A stretch of 64,000 nucleotides of DNA from Callorhinchus milii (Eukaryota). The position numbers and the translations under genes were made by a program. Every line of letters begins with the position of its first letter. Position 1 is the first letter of the stretch. Positions 11,513 through 24,828 of the stretch are shown one piece after another. Where the stretch lies: contig NW_024704742.1 in NCBI RefSeq assembly GCF_018977255.1, positions 111,912,001 through 111,976,000 of the forward strand, written 5' to 3'. A model generated the notes under the pieces. The model did not search any database. It was not told where the DNA came from and saw only the letters and a program-made list of their open reading frames with translations.

Positions 11513-14500
11513 AGATGAGCAGTTCCTGGATTGAAGAAGAAGCAAAGCTCATTTCACCATTCTCATATTACATTGAATTGGTCTTCAAATGCATTTTCTC
11601 TGAGGCAGCAACTGTCTGCTGCAGCTTTCAGCTGATCCCTCAGACTATTCCATTCCCAACACCCCCTCCCCCTCCATTGTGAATCCTTAACCCTTTCATT
11701 GGGAATCTTTAAGATTCAGAAAGGAAACAGATCACTAGCATCCAGTGACAAAATGAAAACCAAATCAATGGTCACAATGCCAATTGGGCTGGAGAGGCAA
11801 AACTGGGAAATTTTCTTTGTTGTGCTATTTAGCTGGTATTAAATTCAGACATAGTAATATCTATGCCAGGACTTTGTCCTTATGTAGGTAGGCTGACACA
11901 ACAAGGCAGATAAGATGCTAAACAAAAGTACTGTCTGCTCAGATTATTTATATTTAATATTTAAATGAGTTTAATTTTATGTAATTTTTTTCTACAGGGA
12001 AAAAAATGCAATGAAAGCGGGAGGTACACGTAAACATTTGCAAACATATAATGCCTCCGTAGTCGCATCTCCCAACATTTCTTGAACTTCCCCAACTAGA
12101 CCTCCAGACATAAGACTTATTTATCCCTTTACCTTTCCCTCTCCCATCATAGAGTTAAAAATATATCCCAAACTAAAAGCATTGTAAATTGGAAAGATAC
12201 AGAACACAGGGTAACTATGAAACCATCTGCAAAATAAATGAGAGACAGACAATAATATCTTGTCTAGTCCCACAGTTAAATTGAAAATTTGAAATACTTT
12301 TCCTTCATTAGATCAAGCTAACTCATTTACAGAGAGGGACTTCGGACCTTGTTTTCAAAAGGATTTCTTTTCTCCATAACTTATCTGCAAATTTGTATTG
12401 CAATGTGGAGAATTTGTGGCATTTTTCCGACTTGTTGCTTTCAGAAACCTCGTATTCTTTCACCCAGTCACAGCTATACATAATGATTGTGAAGCAATGG
12501 CTAGCATAGTGCAAACAGGTCAGCCAGTTATTGCCATTAGTCTCACTTCTTCAATAGAAGGTGAACATAGAAATGCACAGGACCAGAAATCACCACTGTG
12601 GTCCATTGAGTGGCCAGTTTAAAATGATTTGCATATTTTGAATGCCACAGCGTACAGAAATTTAAACAAGCAAATATCAATATGACCTGAAAAGCATGGG
12701 TTTAGAAAGACATTCAAATTTGATCCAGGACCTGAACATGTGGAATGAATATTTNGGGGTTTGCCTTCAAAAAAACATTTCTTGGGAGAGGTGTGTGTGT
12801 GTTGTGTGTGGGGGGGTGGAGGGAGATATGATTAAACATTGCAACATTACTTCCATTGCACATAGCTGCCATATGTAAAATATCATGAAGTGTGGAAAAC
12901 GTGAATCAACACAGTTTTAAAAGCAATGTGATTTCTCATAATCCATTTCCATTGTACACAAGTGTCTTGTAGCCACAGCCACAGTTTCTGACAACTGGCC
13001 ATCAATGAATAGAAAAGTGCTGCAAGAACAAAAAATGTTGCCACAGAAAAGCTTTGAAAAAGCCCTGCAAGCTACACTTTCCAGGATATTCTGCAACACG
13101 TGTTACTGCCCTGTGATGTCTGTAGCATGCCAAGGCTTGAGATGGTTGCAAAACATAACTAGTCTATTCTGGAGCGGAAGCCTGATTTATCAGGAGGAGA
13201 ACTTAAACGGTTGATTCTTCTGGTAAATTGTTTTAAATAAAGGTTAAAAATTGTGAATATTCCATTTAGGAAATTCTGGGGGTTCATCTGATGGCTCACA
13301 CTTTGTTTCACCATAAGTTATAGAGTCAGAACGGAATCCACAGTGAACTTTAAATTAGTTTTGCAAGTGGTTCAGGAGTTGCCTCATGGTAATAATACCC
13401 AAATTGTGATCCATGAAAATATATTGAGGATGCAAGTGTAATGTGTATTGAATAGCAACAGTTTCTGAGAGTAGAAGCATTGGTCCATCAAGTCTATCCA
13501 TCCAATTTCTTAAATGATCCTTCGACACATCTAGCTCTTCAGCTCATAACCCTGAATCCTTTTAATTTCCAGGATATTATTTAGTTCCTTTTTCAAACCC
13601 AGTTTTAAATGTTCAACTGTAGTCAATACACAAGAATATTGGAAATATGCCCACTAACCGCATATACAGAAGATTTTTGGATATGACAAATATGTTCACT
13701 GTCAGCAAAGACCATGTTGTAACTCGAACTATAATTGTATTTTTGAAATGTTTTGAAAGTTGAATTCTTGCCTAACAAGACTGAATATGAGCAATGAGTA
13801 AATGCAGTATGCAATGTCAAATTGGAGTGCTAACAAACGGAGGTATCCACTTAGATCACGCCAAGGTTAGCCAGGGGGAGGAGGTGTTTATTGATGTTTT
13901 AGTGTCACCTTTTTGGTACTCGTGTCAGCAATAGTCTGTACAGGGTATTAGCAAAGGTTACAAGATAACAAAACCCATCTGGGTCAGGTACGGTCACACA
14001 TAAGGGGATCTATCCCCGTGACACATGTCATGTCACATTCACTTACAGTATTCAGTAAGCCAGGCTTTAAAGGGAGGTGGAGATAAATAAAGTGTTGTGA
14101 GAGAGGATAATGCAACCGATTAGAGAACAAAGTCCTCAGACTTTGAATACTAGAATTTTATAACTTTAACACTGCAGTATTGGGAAGATTTTGTGAGGTA
14201 TCGTTTAACTAAGGACAAACAGCATTGTTGGAATTAATTACATTTCATTTCACTTCTTCTGCTTGTATAATACTTGTCCAACACAGTATGTTTTACAGTG
14301 ATCAATAGCATTTCTTATTATTGTGATCATTTTCTGTTATAATCACAAAGTTATCTTTCCCAATAAAAGCATGCCATATCACATTATTCAATCCTGAGAT
14401 GAGTGCACAATCTAAATTTTTACCAATAGTGACCTAAATTAGCCCAGTGGGATCTGCTTGAATTTAGTCCAATTCAGGCAGCTTCTGATTCAGGCGTGCC

Positions 14501-16384
14501 TGCTCTGTAAAAGCAAATTGGTGAGAACAAATGTTGCTCAGCACATCTATAAAAACATATTAGGCATTACCTTGCCAGTATTTGTAAGGAGAATCACATG
14601 TCTATAGCTAGGGCCAAAGATACTGTTTTCGAAATGTTTATAGATATATATATATTATATGCATATTAGCATGTTCTATACAATGGCTTAAAGGTTAAGT
14701 GGAGGGATGGTCTCTCCAAGTTATCACTGTTTAAGAAGGTAGGAATACAATCATTTCTGCTGCTCTGTTTTGTTGGGGAAGCAGGAAAGCATCTGTACTC
14801 CTGGCAATGTCATGATGAGTTGGCCTGGCATTGATATGTCCTTGGCTTTGATCTTCCTGGAGATCTAATGTTGGACCTTTTCAAAGCCATAATAAATCCA
14901 GACTACTGAACCCAAACGTCAGATGTATTTTCCTGTGATGATCTTCAGGTGCACTATACCCTGTCAATTGTGCAACTTTAGTGATTTGAAGGTCCCTTCA
15001 ATTTGTTCACTTTATGGTATCACAATGTCCAGCATTAAGAAATGTTTTGACTGGTACACCATTCAAATTAGTTCATTATGTGCATCAAGTGCAGAATGAA
15101 ACCCATTGTACACCTAATTAGAATGTGATCCAATAACTATTCTCCTGATTAGTTAACTCTTATGTAAAAAAAAAGTATGTAACAAGAAACATGAAGCAGA
15201 CATGAGTTAATTTCTGCCAATTAGTGGGAGGCTTGGAAGTGTGAGCGAGCCTGTGTGTGTGATTTGTTGCAATTTTACAAAGATGACAGCAAGAAAACTC
15301 TTGGGTGCAGTGATCTGTTCGGAGTCAAATGAGAAAGTATGATTTTTAATTTTTTTTTATAAAAACAATTCCAGATCTAGAATTGGATTTTGCTTTAAAG
15401 TTGTTGTTTTAATACATGGTCAAATGTATTAAATAGCTGTTGTGCTGTGGTCAGACTGGACAACAAGCACAAAATACTTGGAAACAGCCCATATATTTAA
15501 CTTTCGTCCACGTGTATAAAGGCCACAGGAGCATCATATGGGCCTCAGTCTATTCAGCCATTTGTTCTGTTTTTTTTCTCCTCAATTTTGGACCACAAAC
15601 ATGAAAAACATCAGATTAGAAGAAGAGCTTTTTGTACACATATGTCAAAACATCTCGAGACACTTCACAGCAACCGCTGTCTTGTGTAGGAAATGCTTTT
15701 TGCAAGTACACGGGGCAACCATGTTATGCACATCTGTGTCCCAAAAACACAATGAAGTGAAGAGCCAATTAATCTAGACAATAGCTGGCCAAGACCAAAG
15801 CTGACTACTGATTTCCAAACAACCTGATTTTAATTGCATGAAGTACAACCGTCCAGACATATTTCCCGTCAGACCAGTGGTTAATTTACACTGGATAACA
15901 TTGTCAGATGCGCCTGCTAAAAAACAAATAATATTGATAGCTAAACACACAACATACAGGCAAGGAATGTACAGATGTTATCTGAAGATGATGAATGGGA
16001 TCACAAAAATAGTTAGTCTGAAATATACTCTACGAGTCTCTCACAGCAGGTTGAATTGAGCTGGATCCAAGACAAATTTTCTCCTCTCACTCAATACACA
16101 TTTGTTCTTCTTGATATTCCATAAGCAACAGTCACTGGGGAACAGCACAAGTTACAACCAATACTAGACATTACAGGTTTTTGGCCATTGTCATGAATGT
16201 TGCTTATAACAGCCCCAACAGTAAGAGAGAAATAGATAAACAATGACATCTGCATTCGTGAAAGAGCCCACCTCTTCTCACCAGTGGGAATGGACAGGAG
16301 ATCAATTGCTGTGTGAACATTTGTAGTATTATGCTCGGTAACCCTCGTTGCTGGACTCATTGCAGCAGTATGTAACAGTTGTAA

Positions 16385-16722
16385 TTGTAATTATAATACT
16401 TGCATTTGGTATTGTGCTTTAACACATTAAAACATCTCAGAAAGTGCTTCTTGGAACAAGTTACTTTGAATCATAGTGACTGTTGTTACATAAGCAAACG
16501 TGACAGCTAATCCACATCAGTATGTTCCCACCAATACAAGGAGATGAACAAATGAATCTGCTGCATGGGGAATTTGGTTCAGGAATGAATATTAATTGTA
16601 ATGTCACATCAGAAGGATGACACTTCAAAAACAATGCAGCACCCCCTCAGTACTGCACATGGAGTCAGTCTATATTAAGAACTGAAATCTTGATGTGGGG
16701 CTCAAACCCACAGCCTTCTGAT
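16385..16722 (-). mobile_element. Degraded DeuSINE-type element
   Basis: Head cccacagccttctga, gcaccccctcagtactgcac, and tail cttgcatttggtattgtgc. Confidence 0.6.
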
Positions 16723-16828
16723 TTTCCTGAACTTTTCTGAAACATGTAATTAAGCCAACCCTCTGCAGCTCTTCACATCTCGAGGATCCTAGCTGAACAG
16801 TGATAACATTGACCACTTTAGACTATAA

Positions 16829-17185
<357 letters not shown>

Positions 17186-17959
17186 TAGAAGATATGGAAG
17201 CTTTATTCCACACTCATGTAGGATGGGATTGCTGAAAAACTGGCGCTTTCATAGTGCTCTGTATAAAGCCTTTTATCCAACTTGACTTATATGTTGCCAA
17301 AGCAACGAGTTACTTGGATGCTAATCTATTGTGCTCGAGCACATACAAATGTTATATAAGTCCGAGATTCGATTATAAGTTTATATTTTTCTCGAACTGA
17401 ATAAAAACAGCATGGAATAAATGCATTGTGCCGTGAGTTATGATGGAGTCCAATTGACTATTGTCTCAGATTATTTATTGTAGGGTTTTGGCCTCTGATA
17501 ATAACAGTTAGTTACTGCCAATAGAAAGAAGAGGGTGACCAACTGAAGAGCAGTTAAAGAGGTTTCACTGTTGTTAACATAACAAGAACGGCAAGGTGAC
17601 TATCCAGTCTTGCGCATTCAGAATTCCTGAAAGCAGAGCATAAGTGTAATATAATTTTAAGTACAGTTGCAGAGTGCTTCAAGTTCCAGCTGTAATGTGT
17701 AGCACTTCCTCATGCATCACCTCGTGACTGCGAACATATTATGCTAATTTCTCTGTCTGTGAGCAATTTTACTAATTAATATATTTTGTAATAAGGGAGA
17801 GTAAGAAAGACCTTGCATTTTTATAGTATCTTATTGTGTTGAAACCTCCAAAAGCACTTTACTGTAATTGCTGTTGAATGTAGTGACTGTCTGTATGCAG
17901 GCACATTTCTGCTTTATGACATTGGAAGTAGACAAAGGAGGCTCTTCTCAATGGCTCTC

Positions 17960-18320
17960 AACCTGTTGTGCAACTGAATTTTAGAAATGTGAAAGGTCTC
18001 AGTCTTGATTTTCAATTAGTTAATCTCAGCCAGGTTGGTATTTGGGCTGCTAAAGTTGGCTTGAGTGCAATTGAGAAGGAGAATTGCAAGGAGAAGATAC
18101 AGCCAGTTTGTGATTCGTACTGGAAAGTGCACATGTGGACATTGGGTGAGGACAGGATTGGGCTTGACTGAGATGATCCGTTAACTAAACAACCTGCTGA
18201 CACTCAGCTTCTGGATTACACATGAAGAACAGCCACTTGAGTGAGGTACTGGGGAAAGAGGAAAGGTACCAGTAGTTAAGAATCTGCTCCAGGAAAATTC
18301 AAAGTCTTCAGAAGGGGAGG
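17960..18320 (+). mobile_element. LF-SINE-like element
   Basis: ctggaaagtgcacatgtggacattgggtgaggacaggattgggct...cacatgaagaacagccacttgagtgaggtac. Confidence 0.7.
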
Positions 18321-20940
18321 TGGAACAATTAGAGGGAGGTAAACAGAAAAATAAAGTTAGACAGAACACATGCCAACATAAAGTCACTCATATAAAAGAC
18401 AGAAGATTTTTTTTAGTAATTAGAAGTATTCAGCCAACATATTTGCCACAGGAACTGCTACAGTGATGTTGCGTAGCAACCTCAGGTTTCAATTTCTTTT
18501 AGTATTTTTACTGTAAGAAAGAGGTAGTTACTCTTCAGGTGATTTGTGTATAGTTTCCTCATAAAACTAGCTGCCTGGTGTTCATACCAAAGACAGCAAG
18601 TTCCATGGGTAGAGGAAATAGCTCAGCAGCATGCGTGGGTGTTTAAAGCAGATCTTTACATTAGCTGAAGCTCTGTGTAATTAGCATGCCTTTGCTTCAT
18701 AATTAGTGGTGCGGCTACATTGGTGCAAAGCCCTGTAAAAGCTCTTCAGACATGTTTAGACAGATTGAAAAGGTTTCTACTTGGGGGGAACTGAACAGCC
18801 ACAAAAATGCCACATAACATCAGATCTCTGTCGATTTCAGCACTAAAATCTACAAATGCAAAATGGTACGTTCGTGGGCTTGAATTTGTAACCGTTAACA
18901 TTCGATATTGTTTGCAATACAAACATCAATAAATTAGTGTACATGATAATGAACTGCACAACATGCCTCCAGATTCATAAAGGTAATTTAATTAAGGATT
19001 TCTTTAAATGTAGAATTATTGTGTCTTCTGTCCTTTACTTTTAACCTTTTGTCAATTCGTGCTACGTTAATTGCAGGATATGTGACAAACATCGGGGGCC
19101 TTTTAGAAAATATATTTTGTCTCATCAGTATCTTACTGCCCGTTTGCACTGGAGCACAAAAGTTGCATTTTACATTTATTTGCATCATATTATTGTGCAG
19201 CATCTTATAAACATTTAAATAATTGTTTAATGTGGCTTCAATTGGCCAAAGGGACTGTGTTAGTCATAAGACCATGGCAATGGAAGGAAGCATGCCAGGG
19301 TAACATTCCTGTCCAACAACTGTTTTTTCTTTCAACTGCAATCCAATTAGGGAAAAACACTCCCATATATTTTTGTAATAGAAATTTAGTAGCATCGTTA
19401 GATCAGCAATGAAGCAGGCTCACAATCGTCACACAAGCTATAAGTAGCAATGCAATCCAGTGTCCTGCAGTGCACCAATACAAACTCCTAGTTCCAATGC
19501 TAACATTAATTTAGACTCCAATCTTATTTATGATCATGCTAGAAAGAATTTGTGGCGTATAGTGTGGAACAAATGCAGACGAGGGTCACTGGGAGAACAA
19601 AAATAATACTGACCCGTTGCTTGAAATACCAAGAGACTCAGACTTGCATGTTTTATTTGAAACCTCCGTCAGGATGCAGGATAGTGGAGTAATGCATGGC
19701 ATTGCATTATCAGGCTACAACAATGTGCAAAAGCCAGAGCAGGTGTCACCCTCCCCACACACACTATCACCTCTCTCTATTATTCTCACAGTGCAAAATG
19801 TGTTACAGAAGGTCTTTGAAGCGTACTTTGTGTACGCTAACACATGGCTATTATCACAGTTAATCAAATTTTAACATACTTTTATGTTATTACTAAGATA
19901 AGCAATTGGGAGTTTTCTGCTAGATGAGCTGAAGTGGCCGTTGTCATAGTCATGGAGTGCCAGGGAAATGAGATCAGTCTGCAGTTACAGCCTTAGTCTG
20001 CAGAATAACAGGGGTGTGAATGCAGGATGTTTTAAAAATGTAAAAAAAAATGTAGAACAAGACACTGAGCTGATTATTTTTATTAGTCGTGCTCCCGGTG
20101 GTAGGGCAGCTATTACTATTACAACTATTATCCCAAAACCAACAACGGCAATATCAATGTGCATCGTTCTTTAATCCGCTTCCACTTTGCTGGTGCTGAT
20201 AAAGAATGGCTACAAGGAAAATTAATTAATTATCTATGGTAGGTTTTTTGTATTCTCGATCCGAGAGAATTCACTTCTTTGCATAGTTAGACAGCAGCTA
20301 TTTTCCTGATAGTTTCTGTCCTCTCCATTTTATGTAGCCATTTGGTAGTGTCTGCAAACACAGAAGTAGGAAAAATGATTCAATCTGTATGTAGCATGTG
20401 CTTGTGTGCAGAGGTTTGCTAAGCCTCAATTAGAATCTTTTTAATATTATATAGAGTGGCATTAATCCCCTGTGACTTTTAGTTACAAAAAAAACACAGC
20501 AGGAGTATCAATGAAACCCTTGTTCAGGGATGGTGGTTCAGGCTGTTATTTAGGACCAGAATGTACAGTACATTCTGTTATATGGCTTGAAGTGAAACCA
20601 CCATTTATGAGCAACATGATCTTTTTCAAAATTTTAGGTGGGGTGGGGGTGGCTGTTTGGTGTTTGAGCATTCAACTGTACACAGGATATGTTGTTCTGC
20701 CATATCTTTCTTACATATTTTGTTTTAAAATGATACCAGTGCTCCTGGAGAGCATGAAGTAACGGTGAACAGTACAATTGTTCTAAAGTTAATGTGCTTG
20801 TTTATCCTGGAAAATCCACTTTTATAATAATAACAAATAAATTAAAGGAAACACAGGATGCACACTTATGACTACTGTATGGGAATGATTACCAAGAGTG
20901 GTGCAGAATACGGCGTTCTGGTGGGACAAGCTGAATAATA

Positions 20941-20980
20941 CACACACACACACAAAGCACACACGCACGCACACACACGT
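20941..20980. repeat. (CA)n/(CACG) microsatellite
   Basis: cacacacacacacaaagcacacacgcacgcacacacac. Confidence 0.9.
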
Positions 20981-22913
20981 GACATGCCACATGCACAGTG
21001 TTTTATATCTGAGAGAAATCCAGCAATCCCATCTTCCTGACTGATTTAGTCTGTGTAATCCCTGTCAAATCTAGCAGCCCAGCAGCTTGCTCTACATCAT
21101 GCTCCAGCTCAGTCACCTGGTAACAACTTCTGAACGAGATGAATGAAATCTCTGTTAATTATTTGCGGAGGTCAAATGCTAATGGATTCCTACTCTGATA
21201 ATACATTTCTAAAACTCTGGCTATCTGAAGGCTTTCCAGCAACTTTTGCAAAAAAATAAATAAATGCAATTCAAAACTGTGGAGAGGTTTTATTAACGTT
21301 TACTTTATTGGCTTTGAAAAATCAGAATAATCTTAAAACCTTTCAATATTTTTGACCATTGGATAACTGGATTGTTTTAGCAGGCATCATAAAAGGAAGG
21401 TGCGGTTAGGCAGTACAGGAGTAAATGACCTGCAGGGAAAGAAGTGGTTGTCTGCACTTTTAATCTTTTCATTGCGATACTCGGTTGAAATAATGTAGTA
21501 TACGATCAAGGCTAAACAAGGAGGTAGAACAGGATCAAGAAATGGTGGCTAGATAATACAAAGCTTAAGTTTAAATCCATACTGTGCCAGTCTTTCGGAC
21601 TTGGGAATTAATAAAATAGAGCAGAAACACAGCAACAAATCTTGATTTCAACATGGTCAGGATTCTGAGAATATTTTACAATTAATACATGAAGCCATCA
21701 TCAAGTAAAGCCTCCATAGCATCTTAAGCGAGATTTAATGGCACCTTGCTCCTGCTTAAATAGTAATGACAATAACAGAAGCAGATAGTCAACATTTATT
21801 TTAAAATATATTATTACCAAAACGAGGTTATTCCATGTGGAGTTGTAATGGTTACCGTTGGCAGCTGAGGCAGAAGAGGAAGAGCAGCAGCCGTTCACAT
21901 TATTGTGGTTTTAAAACCAGAACCCTGTTTTGCTAAATGGTTGTCACTCTTAAAAATAAGCACAGTTCGATATGTTCAAATAGTTTTGCAATCCGTCTCA
22001 CTCTGCCTGATTATAAATGTCACTCACTCAGCCTGATCATAAATGTTCCTTAGTTTTGACGGCTCAGCTGGGGATAGTTAAAGGGTGGTGTTTCTCTTGG
22101 TAAAGATTGCTGCTTTAGTAATACAGATATTTCCCGATATTTTGTTTGGATCCTGACTCTCATTCCATTCAAAGATGATATTCGTTTTCTGCATCTGTGA
22201 GTTCAGAGGAATTAGGCAGGATTGAATACTGAATCAGCTTTTGTGGAAGTAAGGAGGTTTACCCCAAGTCGTTAGTTACACCACTTCATTACCGTAAGAG
22301 CTTTGGGAGACAGATATCACTTTCTATCGTTTGTATCGGCAACCTCTCACCTTTCAGATATCTAAGATATAGAACCAGAACCATAAGATAACTGAGCTTC
22401 ATCATTCTGAGCAACTACTGTACTGTGCACAAACAGATGTTATCAGCAGGTTTTCTTCATAGCTTTACATTGTCAACGTAAATAGCATCAAGACTCTATT
22501 TATTTCCTAACTTTGCATCTTGAAGCATAACATGAGCCAAGTTGCAGTGGGCAAGATAAATCTCCCTTCATCAGAAACCAAGTGTGTAAGAATGTTTAAT
22601 GCAGCTTTATAATTATATATTTATATTTTGGCTTTTGCTATATTTTCCCCAGTAGAGACAGCTCTTTGTTTAGTAGTCACTGTTTCGCACAGTAAACGCT
22701 TGTTGTATTCACTATTTTTGGTCTGCTTGCCAGAGGGCAAGTTTATTTTTAAATCCCTGAACTCTGAATAGTCTTTATTTTTCTAAGATTGGAAGCAGAT
22801 GAAGTGCCCGGAGTTAGCAGATTGTGGGCTTGTTTCAAATTATGAGAATGGGAGTTCTCCCCCTTTTGTATTTTTATTCTTTTGCTCAGAAATGCCTCAT
22901 AACCGGTAGTGTC

Positions 22914-22945
22914 CTAAAAATAGGATCTGGTGCAGCTAAAAATAG
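22914..22945. promoter_or_regulatory. Tandem pair of perfect MEF2 binding sites (CTAAAAATAG x2)
   Basis: CTAAAAATAG at 22914-22923 and 22936-22945, both matching CTA(A/T)4TAG. Confidence 0.55.
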
Positions 22946-24514
22946 CAAAGCCTGTGCCTTGCCAAGGAGAATGGAGAGGAATGGGCGTGGAGTTCAGTCT
23001 CTCTGATCCTGCTCTATTCATTCAGCGATCCCTCTGAGAACATAGGCAATGATAAAGTGCCCTTGAAAAAAGCCACAGTCTCCAACTCCAGTCTTCAGAC
23101 TTCTGGGTGCCAATAAGTCTTTTAGCCCAAGGATACAAGTTTTTTTTCCTTTCGGTTTAACAGTGTTACAGTGAAAGACAGATTTTAGATGCAGGAAAAG
23201 AAAGCAGTTGCAACAAATATAACATTATACGGTTTCTGCATGGAAAATATTATTATAGCTTTATATTGTGCAAAGTAAATTGCAGAAACCAGACCCCTAC
23301 CTTGTGCGCTTGCTTCAATAGTTATTTTCCTTTCTGCTAGAGACTGATCCTCACGAATGAAGTATTTTTCTGCACACAACAAATACACTGTAAAGCAGTG
23401 TGACAAATACAGTTGGTCCTTCAAGTTTTGCAATAGAAAACAATGATTCTAAAAGGGATATTACAACTCTGCCTGTTCTTAACTTACCTGTAGATCACTG
23501 CTGAAACCATAGTAAAGAAATGACCTGAATCTATTACCACAAAATTGTTAACCCTCTACCCCAACCCACCCCTACTCGTCAACATTCTCAGAAAGTCTGT
23601 GAATTGCAGCTGTTCTCTCCATCCATCCATTTTGTATTTTGCTCCCAATAAGACACTCATCACACTTCATTTCAAATCAAGATTTTTTGATCAAAAAAAC
23701 ATAATATTGTCAAGAATCTTAGGCCCCGACATTCCTACATTATTTGTTTTAGCGAAAATGCAGCTGTACATAAAGCAGCACAGGAGAGAGAATACTCTAT
23801 TCAAATGCCATCGCCAGAGTTTGCAAAATGTTTGTCTCTGTGCTGGTGCTTTTTTCAACCAGGGGCAGTAAAGCTGTTGCTCAGTGGTGTGGTGAATACA
23901 CAGATACAACACTGGGTTGTCCTTGTTTTGTAAAGAGCAGAAATGCACAAGGATCCATTTGGGCACTGAAATGCACTGCTGCGCTGCCCTGACAACTGCA
24001 GTGTTAACATGTAACAATAAGAATAATAATCTTTGCATTTGATACAACGTCTTGTCGCATTGTCGAAATGTCTCAAAGCGCTTCGCAGGATTATAAGGTC
24101 AATAGCCCCCAGGCTTCCAAGATCTTCCTCCCAAATAACACCACTGTTTCTTCCTTCTATGGAGTGAGTTGCTTCAGACCTGGGTTTATCACCTATTGTC
24201 CTCAATGCCTTCCTTTTGTGCTGTTGTACCAATTCTGCTGTTGAAAGTAGGAGCAGTGGTAAATGAGATGTATTGATTTGATCAATGAAAAATCCTTCTT
24301 GTGGTATATTCATGTTTTCTCTCATGAAATGTTAATTGCAATTTAGAGCCATGGAAATGTATGATCATTCGACCCATTTTTTGTCGTCTGTGTTTGCTTC
24401 TCCCAGAAGCAAGCCATCCACCCTATTCCCAATTGTCTGCTCTTCCGTTTCCCCTCTAATATCCTTCCTCTGCATGTGGTTGTCTAATTTGTTTTTAAAT
24501 ATCCCACACTGTCA

Positions 24515-24828
24515 TTGAGACGTCTCGAAGCGCTTCACAGAATATATTGTAAAGTGGATTGACTGTGTATTTTGCGGGCGAAACACAGCAGCCAATTGCC
24601 CACAGTAGTGTCCCCAAACAGTCGTGTATTGAGTGACCAATTTTTTTTGAGGGATTATTACCCCGGAAAGCGATCCGTCAATCATTTAACAGTCGGGTTC
24701 CTACTTACTGCTTGGTAAACAGAGGCATGTTTAAAGAAACTCGCCTAAGGTTTTGCCCTGCCTGGGAATTGAACCCGAGTCCTCTTGCTTGCGATGCGAG
24801 CTTGCTAACCACTAGGCTACAGTACTCC
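24515..24828 (-). mobile_element. Longer variant of the tRNA-SINE with an extra CORE-like central segment
   Basis: Same head and 3' body as the family, plus about 60 bp extra (ATGCCTCTGTTTACCAAGCAGTAAGTAGGAACCCGAC...). Confidence 0.85.

Noticed and set aside
23545..24325. Cluster of 108-156 aa ORFs on both strands
   Set aside because: No homology is recognisable, and part runs through a SINE tail.
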